This document shows positions 39,702 to 48,376 of a DNA stretch of 64,000 nt, one piece after another. The number at the start of each line of letters is the position of its first letter. Positions within the stretch are counted from its first letter, which is position 1. This DNA comes from an uncultured Geobacteraceae bacterium (GTDB lineage Bacteria > Desulfobacterota > Desulfuromonadia > Desulfuromonadales > Geopsychrobacteraceae), in assembly GCA_937958075.1 (NCBI GenBank), contig CALFFB010000009.1, positions 21,367 through 85,366 on the forward strand, written 5' to 3'. Position numbers and translations under genes: made by a program. The notes under the pieces were generated by a model. The model searched no databases. It was given only the letters and a program-made list of their open reading frames with translations, and was not told the DNA's origin.

Positions 39702-40703
39702 ATGCATCTGGTAGATCAAATCAAGGCCAAGGCCTGTGCCAATCCGCAAACAGTCGTTCTTCCGGAAGGCTATGACGATCGCATGATTGAGGCGGCAGCG
39801 CGCATTGTTGCTGAGAAACTGGCGCGTGTGGTCCTTTTGGGAGAGGCTGCGACGCTGCAGGGCAAGGCCCGTTCCCTTGGCGTATCCCTTGAGGGGGTTA
39901 CTTTGATCGATCCGAAACAGGCCGATAATCTGGCGGCCTATGCGGATGAACTGGTGGAGCTTCGGAAAAAGAAGGGAATGAGCCGGGATGAGGCCATCTC
40001 CCTGCTGACGGCGGATGACAATCTGTACTTTGCAGCGATGATGGTCCGCCGGGGTGATGCCGGCGGGGCCGTCGCCGGTGCAGCAAATACCACCGGTGAT
40101 GTTCTGCGCGCCGCCTTTCAGGTGGTTGGCACGGCGCCCGGGATGAAGACCGTCTCTTCCGTGTTTCTGATGGTCACCAGGACCCCCGAGTTCGGTGAGA
40201 ACGGCGTACTCTGTTTTGCCGATTGCGCGGTCAATCCCAATCCCGATGCCCAGGCTCTGGCTGAGATTGCTGTCAGCACGGCGAACAGCTGCAAGAGTTT
40301 CCTGGGGGTTGATGCCAGAGTTGCCATGTTGAGCTTTTCGACCAAAGGCAGCGCCGCGCACGGTGACTGTGACAAGGTTCTCCAGGCTTTGGACATAGCG
40401 AAAAAAATGGCGCCGGATTTAGCCATCGACGGTGAACTTCAGGCTGACGCGGCGCTGATCCCCAAAGTCGGCGACAAGAAAGCGCCCGGCTCCGGCGTGG
40501 CCGGCAAGGCCAATACCCTCATCTTTCCTGATCTTGATGCGGGAAATATCGGCTACAAGCTGGTCGAGCGGCTGGCCGGGGCTGAGGCGGTCGGACCGAT
40601 TATCCAGGGGCTGGCCAAGCCGGTGAATGATCTGTCGCGGGGCTGTTCTGTCGATGATATTGTCAGCGTTGCGGCGATCACTGCGGTTCAGGCCCAGGGC
40701 TGA
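39702..40703 (+). CDS. pta: Phosphate acetyltransferase (short form, catalytic PTA_PTB domain only)
   Basis: 333 aa with VVLPEGYDDRMIEAAA, SVFLMV, ADCAVNPNP, FSTKGSA, IFPDLDAGNIGYK and PVNDLSRGCSVDDIV motifs. GGAGGAG RBS. Confidence 0.93.
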   Translation: MHLVDQIKAKACANPQTVVLPEGYDDRMIEAAARIVAEKLARVVLLGEAATLQGKARSLGVSLEGVTLIDPKQADNLAAYADELVELRKKKGMSRDEAISLLTADDNLYFAAMMVRRGDAGGAVAGAANTTGDVLRAAFQVVGTAPGMKTVSSVFLMVTRTPEFGENGVLCFADCAVNPNPDAQALAEIAVSTANSCKSFLGVDARVAMLSFSTKGSAAHGDCDKVLQALDIAKKMAPDLAIDGELQADAALIPKVGDKKAPGSGVAGKANTLIFPDLDAGNIGYKLVERLAGAEAVGPIIQGLAKPVNDLSRGCSVDDIVSVAAITAVQAQG

Positions 40704-40742
40704 GGCGGTTTTGTCGGCATATGGCCACTGTGAGACGCTGTC

Positions 40743-41429
40743 ATGATTCAGTTGTACAGTGTTACAAAAAGATACAGCCGTGAGTCGGTTGCCGTTGATG
40801 ATCTGAACCTGCGCATCGACAAGGGTGAATTTGTCTACATCACCGGGGCCTCCGGGGCCGGCAAAACGACGATGTTGCGTCTGCTGTATGCGGCAGAGCG
40901 TCCGACCCGGGGGCAGATTCTGGTCGACAAGCAGAACATTTCACGCATTACCAGCGCCAAAATCCCCTATTTGCGGCGGAAAATCGGGGTTGTGTTTCAG
41001 GACTTCAAGCTGCTGCAGAGTCGCACGGTCTTTGAAAATGTCGCTTTCGCCCTGGAAGCCCAGGGAAAAAAACGCTTCGAAGTCAGTAAAAAAGTCTATC
41101 AGGTCTTAAAGGAAGTCGGTCTGGAGCACCGCCTGCAGCGCAAACCCCTGGAGCTGTCAGGCGGTGAGCAGCAGCGCATCGCCATTGCCCGGGCCCTGGT
41201 GGTCGATCCGCTGATTCTGCTGGCGGACGAGCCAAGCGGCAACCTTGATCAGCGCGTCACCCTTGATATCATGGAACTGTTCAAACGGGCGAACGCACGC
41301 GGTACCACCGTGTTGCTGGCGACTCATGATGACAGTCTGCACCGACGGTTTCCGCGCCGGGTGATCACCCTTGAGCAGGGGCGGCTGGTCGGGGATCAGC
41401 GCCCGAACGACGAGATTTCCACCGATTAA
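40743..41429 (+). CDS. ftsE: Cell-division ATP-binding protein FtsE
   Basis: Walker [10 protein letters not shown], signature LSGGEQQR and Walker B LLADEP. Followed by ftsX. Confidence 0.93.
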   Translation: MIQLYSVTKRYSRESVAVDDLNLRIDKGEFVYITGASGAGKTTMLRLLYAAERPTRGQILVDKQNISRITSAKIPYLRRKIGVVFQDFKLLQSRTVFENVAFALEAQGKKRFEVSKKVYQVLKEVGLEHRLQRKPLELSGGEQQRIAIARALVVDPLILLADEPSGNLDQRVTLDIMELFKRANARGTTVLLATHDDSLHRRFPRRVITLEQGRLVGDQRPNDEISTD

Positions 41430-41478
41430 AGCTGCCTGTGCAACACCCTCTAATCGTCCCCTTTCGAGGAGCCCATCC

Positions 41479-42375
41479 GTGCTGGAAAGACTACGCTACT
41501 TCATCCTGAGGGCCCTGCGCAATATGCGCCAGTGGCCATTTCTCTGCGTAGCCGCCATCCTCACCATGGCGGTTGCCCTGGCCACGGTGGCGACTTTTTT
41601 TCTGATTGTCGTCAATATTGAGCAACTGGCTTCGCGCTGGACCAGGGAAATCCAGATCATCGCCTATCTGCAGAGTCCGCCACCGGCAGCAAAGATCCCT
41701 GAACTGATGAAACAACTGGAATCCCTGCCTGAGGTTTCCTCCGTCCTTTATGTGTCACCGACAGCAGCCATGGATCATTTCCGGCAGCGCCTTGGCCAGG
41801 ATCAAAGCCTGCTTGAAGGGATCAGCGAGGATCTTCTGCCGGCCTCCTTTGAGCTGGGTCTGCATGACTCATTTCGAAATCAGCAGGGGATTGAAGCGGT
41901 TATCAGTCAGTTAGAAGGGATTCTTCAGGTCGACGACCTGCGCTACGGCCAGCAATGGCTGGAGCGTTTTAATAACTTTATCCGGATCTTGCGTTTTGTC
42001 GGCATATTCCTGGGGGGATTTCTGTTGTTCGCGACCCTGTTTATCGTAGCCAATACCATTCGCCTGACCCTGTATGCGCGTCGTGATGAGCTTGAGATCA
42101 TGGCGCTGGTCGGCGCCACCATGCGCTTTATCAAGATTCCGTTTCTGCTTGAGGGTGCCATCCAGGGATTTGTCGGCGGAGTGTTGTCCCTGGTGTTTCT
42201 GGCTGTCTCCTTTTCGCTGGTCATTGCCCGGGGGATGAATGCTATCTGGTTGATGCCGACAGATTTCAACCTGGTCTTCCTCTCGGCTTCGCAGCAACTC
42301 CTCCTGGTTCTGTCGGGGGTTGTTCTCGGCACTCTGGGCAGTTTGACCTCACTGCGCCGCTTTGTTCGAATCTGA
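41479..42375 (+). CDS. ftsX: Cell-division permease-like protein FtsX
   Basis: Four TM segments and a periplasmic loop domain. GAGGAG RBS precedes GTG 41479 (VLERLRYF...). The longer ORF from 41371 would overlap ftsE. Confidence 0.88.
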   Translation: MLERLRYFILRALRNMRQWPFLCVAAILTMAVALATVATFFLIVVNIEQLASRWTREIQIIAYLQSPPPAAKIPELMKQLESLPEVSSVLYVSPTAAMDHFRQRLGQDQSLLEGISEDLLPASFELGLHDSFRNQQGIEAVISQLEGILQVDDLRYGQQWLERFNNFIRILRFVGIFLGGFLLFATLFIVANTIRLTLYARRDELEIMALVGATMRFIKIPFLLEGAIQGFVGGVLSLVFLAVSFSLVIARGMNAIWLMPTDFNLVFLSASQQLLLVLSGVVLGTLGSLTSLRRFVRI

Positions 42376-43523
42376 TGTTGAAACGGTGTCTTTTTTTTCT
42401 CGTTCTGGTCTCTGTTTCGTGGGCCGGCTCAGCTGCTGCCGATGAATTGAGCCGAAACCGACAACAGCTCGAACAGATCCGTACCCGTATCGAAGCGGCG
42501 GAGGCAACGTTAGAGAGCCGTCATCAGTCGGAACAGACAATCAGTCGCGATCTGGCTCTGCTGACGGGTCAACTGCAACAGATAGATCAGCGCGTGGCCC
42601 GACTCGTCCGGGAACAGCAGCGCCTGCGCCAGCAGCAGCGCGCACATCAACAGAAGCTGGAGCAAAGTCAAAGTGAGGTTACAGCCATCAGCATGCGCCT
42701 GGAACAGCGGCTGATTGCCCTGTACAAGGAAGGGGACAGTGGATTGCTGAAAATTCTGTTTTCCGCGGAGTCCCCAACGCAGCTCATGCAGCAGTATCAT
42801 TACCTGACCCGGGTCATGGAAAAGGACGCGGAACTGATGACGGAGTTCCGGCAGGCGATCCAGCTCAGACAACAGCAGCTGCATGAGTTGGAAACCCTGG
42901 AAACTCAGCAGCAGCAATTGCTGGAACAGGAAGAACAGCAACGTCGCCATTTAGTGACGGCCCGTAATCTGCAGGCACGCCTGCTGCAACAGGCGCGGAC
43001 GGATAGCCGGCAGCTGCAGCGCGAACTTGAACAGCTCAAGGAAGATGCCGGTCAGCTGACAGCACTGATTGAACAGCTCCAGCGACGCCCGCCTCCGGAA
43101 CCGTCCCACCCAGCTGATATTGTAGATTTTTCAAGTCACCGGGGAAAGCTTCCCTGGCCGGTTGAGGGAGCGGTGACCATCCAGTTCGGGACACAAAAAG
43201 ACGCCCAGCTTGGTACCTTTTATGAGAGCAACGGCATCGAAATATCCGCCGCACCGCAAACCGAAGTCCGTGCCGTAGCGCAAGGACAGGTGGTTTACGC
43301 TGATTATTTCAAAGGCTATGGCAACCTGGTGATTGTCAGCCACCAGGGAGAATTTCATACCCTTTATGCACAGTTGAACAGTCTCCAGCGCAAAACCGGG
43401 GATCAGGTCGCGACAGGCAGCGTTATCGGCGTCAGCGGTCTGGCTAATCGTGATAGTATTTATTTTGAAATCCGCCACCAGGGGGCTCCCGTCAATCCGA
43501 TTAAATGGCTTAAGGGCCTGTAG
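42375..43523 (+). CDS. envC: Murein hydrolase activator EnvC-like protein (coiled coil + M23/LytM domain)
   Basis: Signal peptide, a long Gln/Leu/Arg-rich coiled coil, and a C-terminal M23 fold (GIEISA...GQVVYADYFKGYGNLVIVSHQGEFHTLYAQL...GDQVATGSVIG). Confidence 0.85.
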   Translation: MLKRCLFFLVLVSVSWAGSAAADELSRNRQQLEQIRTRIEAAEATLESRHQSEQTISRDLALLTGQLQQIDQRVARLVREQQRLRQQQRAHQQKLEQSQSEVTAISMRLEQRLIALYKEGDSGLLKILFSAESPTQLMQQYHYLTRVMEKDAELMTEFRQAIQLRQQQLHELETLETQQQQLLEQEEQQRRHLVTARNLQARLLQQARTDSRQLQRELEQLKEDAGQLTALIEQLQRRPPPEPSHPADIVDFSSHRGKLPWPVEGAVTIQFGTQKDAQLGTFYESNGIEISAAPQTEVRAVAQGQVVYADYFKGYGNLVIVSHQGEFHTLYAQLNSLQRKTGDQVATGSVIGVSGLANRDSIYFEIRHQGAPVNPIKWLKGL

Positions 43524-43538
43524 ATAAGGGGATTCACG

Positions 43539-44834
43539 TTGTTTATTCGGCTGCTGGTCTGTTGTTTTCTGCTCTGTTCTCCTGCGCTGCTCATGGCCGC
43601 GAACGATCTGGAGAATAATAACGAATATCAAAGCCTGGAGATTCTGACGGACGTTTTATCCCTGGTTCAGAGGAATTACGTAGAGGATATAACCCTGGAT
43701 GAGATGATCAGCGGCGCGGTACAGGGCATTCTTTCATCCCTGGACCCTCATAGCAGCTACATGTCGCCCGGTGCCTATGTTGAGTTCCAGGAGGATACCC
43801 AGGGTGAGTTTGCCGGCGTGGGCCTTGAATTGACGATTCGTCATCGTGAGCTGGTGGTTGTGGCGCCTATTGAAGGAACGCCGGCGTGTCGCGCCGGGAT
43901 CCGATCCGGTGATCATATTGTGGCTATCGACGGTCGACAAACCAGTGAAATGGATATGCTCGAGGCCGTTAAATTGATGCGTGGCGCTGTCGGTGAATCC
44001 CTGGTTCTGACCATCAAACGTGCGTCGAGCCTGGAATTGCTGGAGTTTTCCCTGACCCGTGAGCTGGTCAGGGTGGAGTCGGTACGCAGTCGCTTGTATG
44101 ACGAGGGTGTTGGTTATCTGCGGATTTCCCGCTTTCAGGAAGAGACCGGTCGTGAAGTGGCCGGACATTTGCGCCGGCTCGCGGCCCAGGTCGAAAACCT
44201 TGCCGGCGTGATTGTTGATATGCGTAATAATCCCGGCGGGCTGCTCGATGAAGCCGTGGTGGTTGCCGATCTCTTTCTGGAAGAAGGGCTGATTGTGACC
44301 ACTGCCGGCCGCCAGCAGTCCGCCCGGGAGGTGTTTTACGCCCATCCCGGTGACGATGAGGGCCATTACCCCATGATTGTGCTGATAAACGCCGGAACGG
44401 CCAGTGCTGCGGAAATTGTTGCCGGAGCCCTGCAGGATCATCGTCGGGCTCTTGTTCTGGGGGAACAGAGCTTCGGCAAGGGCTCTGTCCAGTCAATCAT
44501 TGAATTGCATGATGGTTCCGCCCTGCGCCTGACAACGGCCCATTACTACACCCCGTCCGGTCGTTCTATCCAGGCACGCGGCATTACCCCGGATGTCTTG
44601 TCTCCCCCCGTGTCGGTAACAGCTGAAGCAACGACAGCAGCCCCAAGAGAGAATGATCTGCCCCGGCATCTGCCCACCGGAAAGTCCGCTACACCGGCCG
44701 ATCTTGAGACCGGTTCAGTTGAATCCGGATGGGTAGAGGATTATCAGTTACAACGCGCCCTTGATCTGTTAAAAGGAGCTTTGTTTTTTACTGACAGAAC
44801 AGAACCGGCACCGCCGTCAGCTGGCGCTCAATGA
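43539..44834 (+). CDS. ctpA: Carboxy-terminal processing protease (S41 family)
   Basis: PDZ segment (GVGLELTIRHRELVVVAPIEGTPACRAGIRSGDHIVAIDG). Catalytic segments DMRNNPGGLL and NAGTASAAEIVAGALQD...GKGSVQ. TTG start. Confidence 0.9.
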   Translation: MFIRLLVCCFLLCSPALLMAANDLENNNEYQSLEILTDVLSLVQRNYVEDITLDEMISGAVQGILSSLDPHSSYMSPGAYVEFQEDTQGEFAGVGLELTIRHRELVVVAPIEGTPACRAGIRSGDHIVAIDGRQTSEMDMLEAVKLMRGAVGESLVLTIKRASSLELLEFSLTRELVRVESVRSRLYDEGVGYLRISRFQEETGREVAGHLRRLAAQVENLAGVIVDMRNNPGGLLDEAVVVADLFLEEGLIVTTAGRQQSAREVFYAHPGDDEGHYPMIVLINAGTASAAEIVAGALQDHRRALVLGEQSFGKGSVQSIIELHDGSALRLTTAHYYTPSGRSIQARGITPDVLSPPVSVTAEATTAAPRENDLPRHLPTGKSATPADLETGSVESGWVEDYQLQRALDLLKGALFFTDRTEPAPPSAGAQ

Positions 44835-44850
44835 AAGATTTCAACGATTC

Positions 44851-45834
44851 ATGACCACCCGCAAGAAAAAAACAGGTCCGTCTGAAAAGACTTCTCCGCG
44901 TCGTAAAAAAACCTCATTGAGCCAGGCCCAGAAACTCTCTTTTGCTGTCGGCTTTCTTATTCTTTTTGTGGTTTTTACGCTGCTGCTGCTCACCTTTTTG
45001 CGCCAGAGTCTGCAACCGCAACAGGCCGTCAGGGAGCCCTACCAGGCGCCGGTTGTTGTGCCCCAGGTGGACGAATCCGCAGACGCCGCCTTTCCCGATA
45101 CGGGGGATCCGCAGCTGCTTGAACAGCTGCAGGAGGAACTCAGCGATCAACCCGCGCTCCCCCGGCGGCCGCGCATCGCCATCATCATGGACGACCTGGG
45201 GGGTTCATTAAAAACCATGCAACAGGCGATGGATCTGGAAGTGATGCTGACTCCCTCCATTCTGCCCGGTGAATCGCAAGCGACGGCTGCAGCTGACATG
45301 TTGCGCGCTGCCGGACGCGAGTACATGGTCCATGTTCCGATGCAGCCCCGCAGCTACCCACAGACCAACCCGGGCGCCGATGCCCTGTTGCTGTCCCATA
45401 CGGATGATGAGATTCGTCGTCGCGTCCGTCGGTATCTACAGAAGGTGCCTGGTGCCGTTGGTGCCAACAATCACATGGGCTCGCGCTTTACCGAAGAAGC
45501 CGCGCCCATGCAGGTTGTTCTTGCGGAGCTGCAGCAGGGCCGGTTGTTTTTCGTAGACAGTCTGACCATCAACAGTTCTGTCGCCTTGAGGGAAGCCAGG
45601 GGGCTGGGGCTGAAGTCAGCTGCTCGTGATATTTTCCTTGATCATTATGAGGATATTGACTACATCCGGTCACAAATTCGCGCCATGGTAGATTTGGCCA
45701 AAAGCCGCGGGCAGGTTGTCGCCATCTGTCATCCCTATGAGGAAACCTTTGAGGCTTTTCACCGGGAGATGGACTGGCTGCGACAACAGCCGGTTGAGTT
45801 TGTACCTGTTTCACATCTGGTCAGAAGCCGTTGA
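44851..45834 (+). CDS. Divergent polysaccharide deacetylase family protein (YibQ-like)
   Basis: N-terminal TM anchor, then RIAIIMDDLGG...LTPSILPG...GREYMVHVPMQP...NNHMGSRFT, which is typical of YibQ. Confidence 0.8.
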   Translation: MTTRKKKTGPSEKTSPRRKKTSLSQAQKLSFAVGFLILFVVFTLLLLTFLRQSLQPQQAVREPYQAPVVVPQVDESADAAFPDTGDPQLLEQLQEELSDQPALPRRPRIAIIMDDLGGSLKTMQQAMDLEVMLTPSILPGESQATAAADMLRAAGREYMVHVPMQPRSYPQTNPGADALLLSHTDDEIRRRVRRYLQKVPGAVGANNHMGSRFTEEAAPMQVVLAELQQGRLFFVDSLTINSSVALREARGLGLKSAARDIFLDHYEDIDYIRSQIRAMVDLAKSRGQVVAICHPYEETFEAFHREMDWLRQQPVEFVPVSHLVRSR

Positions 45835-45865
45835 TTCCGGGTTTCAGGTAAGAGAAGGAGTGTTC

Positions 45866-47092
45866 GTGCTGCTGGATGAGTCGCCAACAACGACACCGGT
45901 TTCCGTTTCAGAACTGGTCAACTGCCTGCAGGAACTGATCGAGGACAACTTTATCCAGGTCGTCGTACAGGGAGAGCTGAGCAATATTTCACGTCCGGCA
46001 TCGGGTCATCTCTACTTTACCCTGAAAGATCGCAAGGCCCAGCTGCGCTGTGCGATGTTTCGCAGCCACGCCAGGCTGCTGCGGTTTGTCCCGGAAGACG
46101 GCATGGCGGTCATCTGTTACGGTCGCGTTTCCGTCTACGCCCAGCGTGGCGATCTGCAGCTGGTTGTCGAAGGGATCGAGCCGGAAGGTGTCGGCGGTCT
46201 GCAACTGGCTTTTGAGCAGATCCGCACCCGCCTCGAAGCTGAAGGGCTGTTCGCGCAGGAGCGCAAAAGACCCCTGCCGGCTTTTCCCGCCACCATCGGC
46301 CTGGTGACTTCGGCCACGGGTGCCGCGATTCAGGATATCCTGCAGATCCTGCGACGTCGTGCTGTCGGTATTCGGGTGCTCGTCCGGCCAGTGCGGGTGC
46401 AGGGGGAGGGCGCAGCGACGGATATTGCCAGGGGCATTGCCGATCTCAACCGTGACGGCCAGGTCGACGTCATCATCGCCGGACGGGGTGGCGGTTCGAA
46501 GGAAGACCTGTGGGCGTTTAACGAAGAGGTGGTGGCGCGGGCCATTGTCGCCTCAAAATGCCCGGTGATCGCCGCAGTCGGCCATGAAACGGATATAACA
46601 ATAGCCGATCTGGCTGCTGACCTGCGGGCACCAACCCCGAGTGCGGCGGCGGAACTGGTGGTGAAAAACCGTCTTGATCTGGAGCAGCATCTCGATCATC
46701 TCAGGTCGCGCCTCGGCCGCCAGATGCAGTGGCACCTGCAGCTGATGTCAACCCGCGTCGCGGGTCTGGAAAAACGCCTCAAGGGGCCGCAGGAGTTGAT
46801 CACCCGGCAGCAGCGGACCCTGGAGCAACTGCAGCAGCGTCTGCGGGTCAGCATGGGGCATTTATGTGTGCATCGTCAGCACCGCCTGCAGCAGGCACTG
46901 GGTCGTCTGCACGCCCTGTCGCCATTGGCCATTCTTGAGCGTGGCTATGCTATTGTGCAAAAGGAAGGTCAGATCGTTACCGCGAGTCATCAGGTGACCG
47001 GTGGCGATGCCCTCGATGTGCGGCTGGCTGAGGGACGTTTGCAGGTTCAGGTGACCCGGATCCTCGCTGCGGCATCCGAAAAGCAGCCCTGA
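45866..47092 (+). CDS. xseA: Exodeoxyribonuclease VII large subunit
   Basis: VSVSELVNCLQELIEDNF..VVVQGELSN....SGHLYFTLKD (OB fold) and GLVTSATGAAIQDIL...RGGGSKEDLWAFN. GAAGGAG RBS precedes GTG 45866. Confidence 0.93.
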   Translation: MLLDESPTTTPVSVSELVNCLQELIEDNFIQVVVQGELSNISRPASGHLYFTLKDRKAQLRCAMFRSHARLLRFVPEDGMAVICYGRVSVYAQRGDLQLVVEGIEPEGVGGLQLAFEQIRTRLEAEGLFAQERKRPLPAFPATIGLVTSATGAAIQDILQILRRRAVGIRVLVRPVRVQGEGAATDIARGIADLNRDGQVDVIIAGRGGGSKEDLWAFNEEVVARAIVASKCPVIAAVGHETDITIADLAADLRAPTPSAAAELVVKNRLDLEQHLDHLRSRLGRQMQWHLQLMSTRVAGLEKRLKGPQELITRQQRTLEQLQQRLRVSMGHLCVHRQHRLQQALGRLHALSPLAILERGYAIVQKEGQIVTASHQVTGGDALDVRLAEGRLQVQVTRILAAASEKQP

Positions 47093-47149
47093 TCCGTTCT
47101 ATGATGTTCTGACAGACTATGGATACTTTATTTACGGAATAAAAGAATC

Positions 47150-47389
47150 ATGACAAAAAATGTCCCCAGAAAAACAGGATTTGAAGCCTCTCTGGCTAAA
47201 CTGGAAGCAGCCGTTGAACAGCTTGAATCGGGCGAACTGGCCCTTGACGAAGCCCTGAAGGTCTTCAGTGTCGGCGTCAAGGAGGCACAGCGTTGCCAGA
47301 AGGCGCTGCAGGATGTCGAGCTGAAGGTTGAACAGTTACTGAATCAGGGTGATGGCAGTTTCAGCCGGGGGCCTTTCCATGAGCGCTGA
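47150..47389 (+). CDS. xseB: Exodeoxyribonuclease VII small subunit
   Basis: 79 aa. FEASLAKLEAAVEQLESGELALDEALKVFSVGVKEAQRCQKAL. Confidence 0.9.
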   Translation: MTKNVPRKTGFEASLAKLEAAVEQLESGELALDEALKVFSVGVKEAQRCQKALQDVELKVEQLLNQGDGSFSRGPFHER

Positions 47390-48284
47390 TGCCTGGTCCC
47401 TTGAAGATTATCTGGCTCAGCGCATCCAGCTGATAGATGCCGAGCTGGAAAAGCTCCTGCCGGCAGCCGAGAGCCGTCCCGCCCGTCTGCACGAGGCCAT
47501 GCGCTACTCGGTTTTTGCCGGCGGCAAGCGTATTCGCCCGATTTTGCTCCTGGCGGCCTGTGACGCCGTGGGAGGGGAGCCGGAAGACGCCCTGCCGGCA
47601 GCCTGTGCCCTGGAGATGATTCATACCTATTCCCTGGTTCATGATGACCTGCCGGCGATGGACGATGATGATCTGCGTCGGGGCGTGCCGACAAATCACT
47701 GTGTATACGGCGAAGCTACGGCCATACTCGCCGGAGATGCCCTGTTGACAGAAGCTTTCGCCCTCCTCAGCCGTCCGGATGTCATGACGGGGGTTGCCGC
47801 GTCGACCCGCCTGGAAATGATTCAGATTCTGGCGCATCATGCCGGAACCCGGGGGATGGTGGGCGGGCAGATGGTTGACATGGAGGTCGAGGGGCTCCAG
47901 GTGGACTTGCCGGTCCTGGAATATATTCACACCCATAAAACCGGCGCTCTGATCCTTGCCTCTGTTGCTCTGGGGGGCCTGGTCGGAGGGGCGGACAGGG
48001 TTCAGATGGAGGCCCTTGGTCGCTATGCCAAAGCCTGCGGCCTGGCGTTTCAGATTGCTGATGACGTCCTCGATGTGGTGGCGGAACAGGGACACCTGGG
48101 TAAAAATATCGGCAGTGATGAAAAACGGGGCAAGACAACCTATGCCTCCCTGCTCGGTATTCCCGAAGCGCGGCGGCGGGCACAGGAACTCACGGATATC
48201 GCCGTAGCGGCCCTCGACGATTTCGGTCAGGCGGCGGATCCGCTACGTGCTGTGGCCGCATATATCGTCAATCGGACCCGGTAG
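47379..48284 (+). CDS. ispA: (2E,6E)-farnesyl diphosphate synthase / geranyltranstransferase
   Basis: First Asp-rich motif LVHDDLPAMDDDDLRRG and second motif FQIADDVLD. Classic xseB-ispA-dxs order. ATG 47379 overlaps the end of xseB. Confidence 0.92.
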   Translation: MSADAWSLEDYLAQRIQLIDAELEKLLPAAESRPARLHEAMRYSVFAGGKRIRPILLLAACDAVGGEPEDALPAACALEMIHTYSLVHDDLPAMDDDDLRRGVPTNHCVYGEATAILAGDALLTEAFALLSRPDVMTGVAASTRLEMIQILAHHAGTRGMVGGQMVDMEVEGLQVDLPVLEYIHTHKTGALILASVALGGLVGGADRVQMEALGRYAKACGLAFQIADDVLDVVAEQGHLGKNIGSDEKRGKTTYASLLGIPEARRRAQELTDIAVAALDDFGQAADPLRAVAAYIVNRTR

Positions 48285-48376
48285 CTGCCAGGAACTGGCC
48301 TGTTTGCAATAACGTTTGCTGAGCTGGTATTGTTTTTCATTGTTTATTTTGGGGCTCATACAACAAAGGAAGATCG

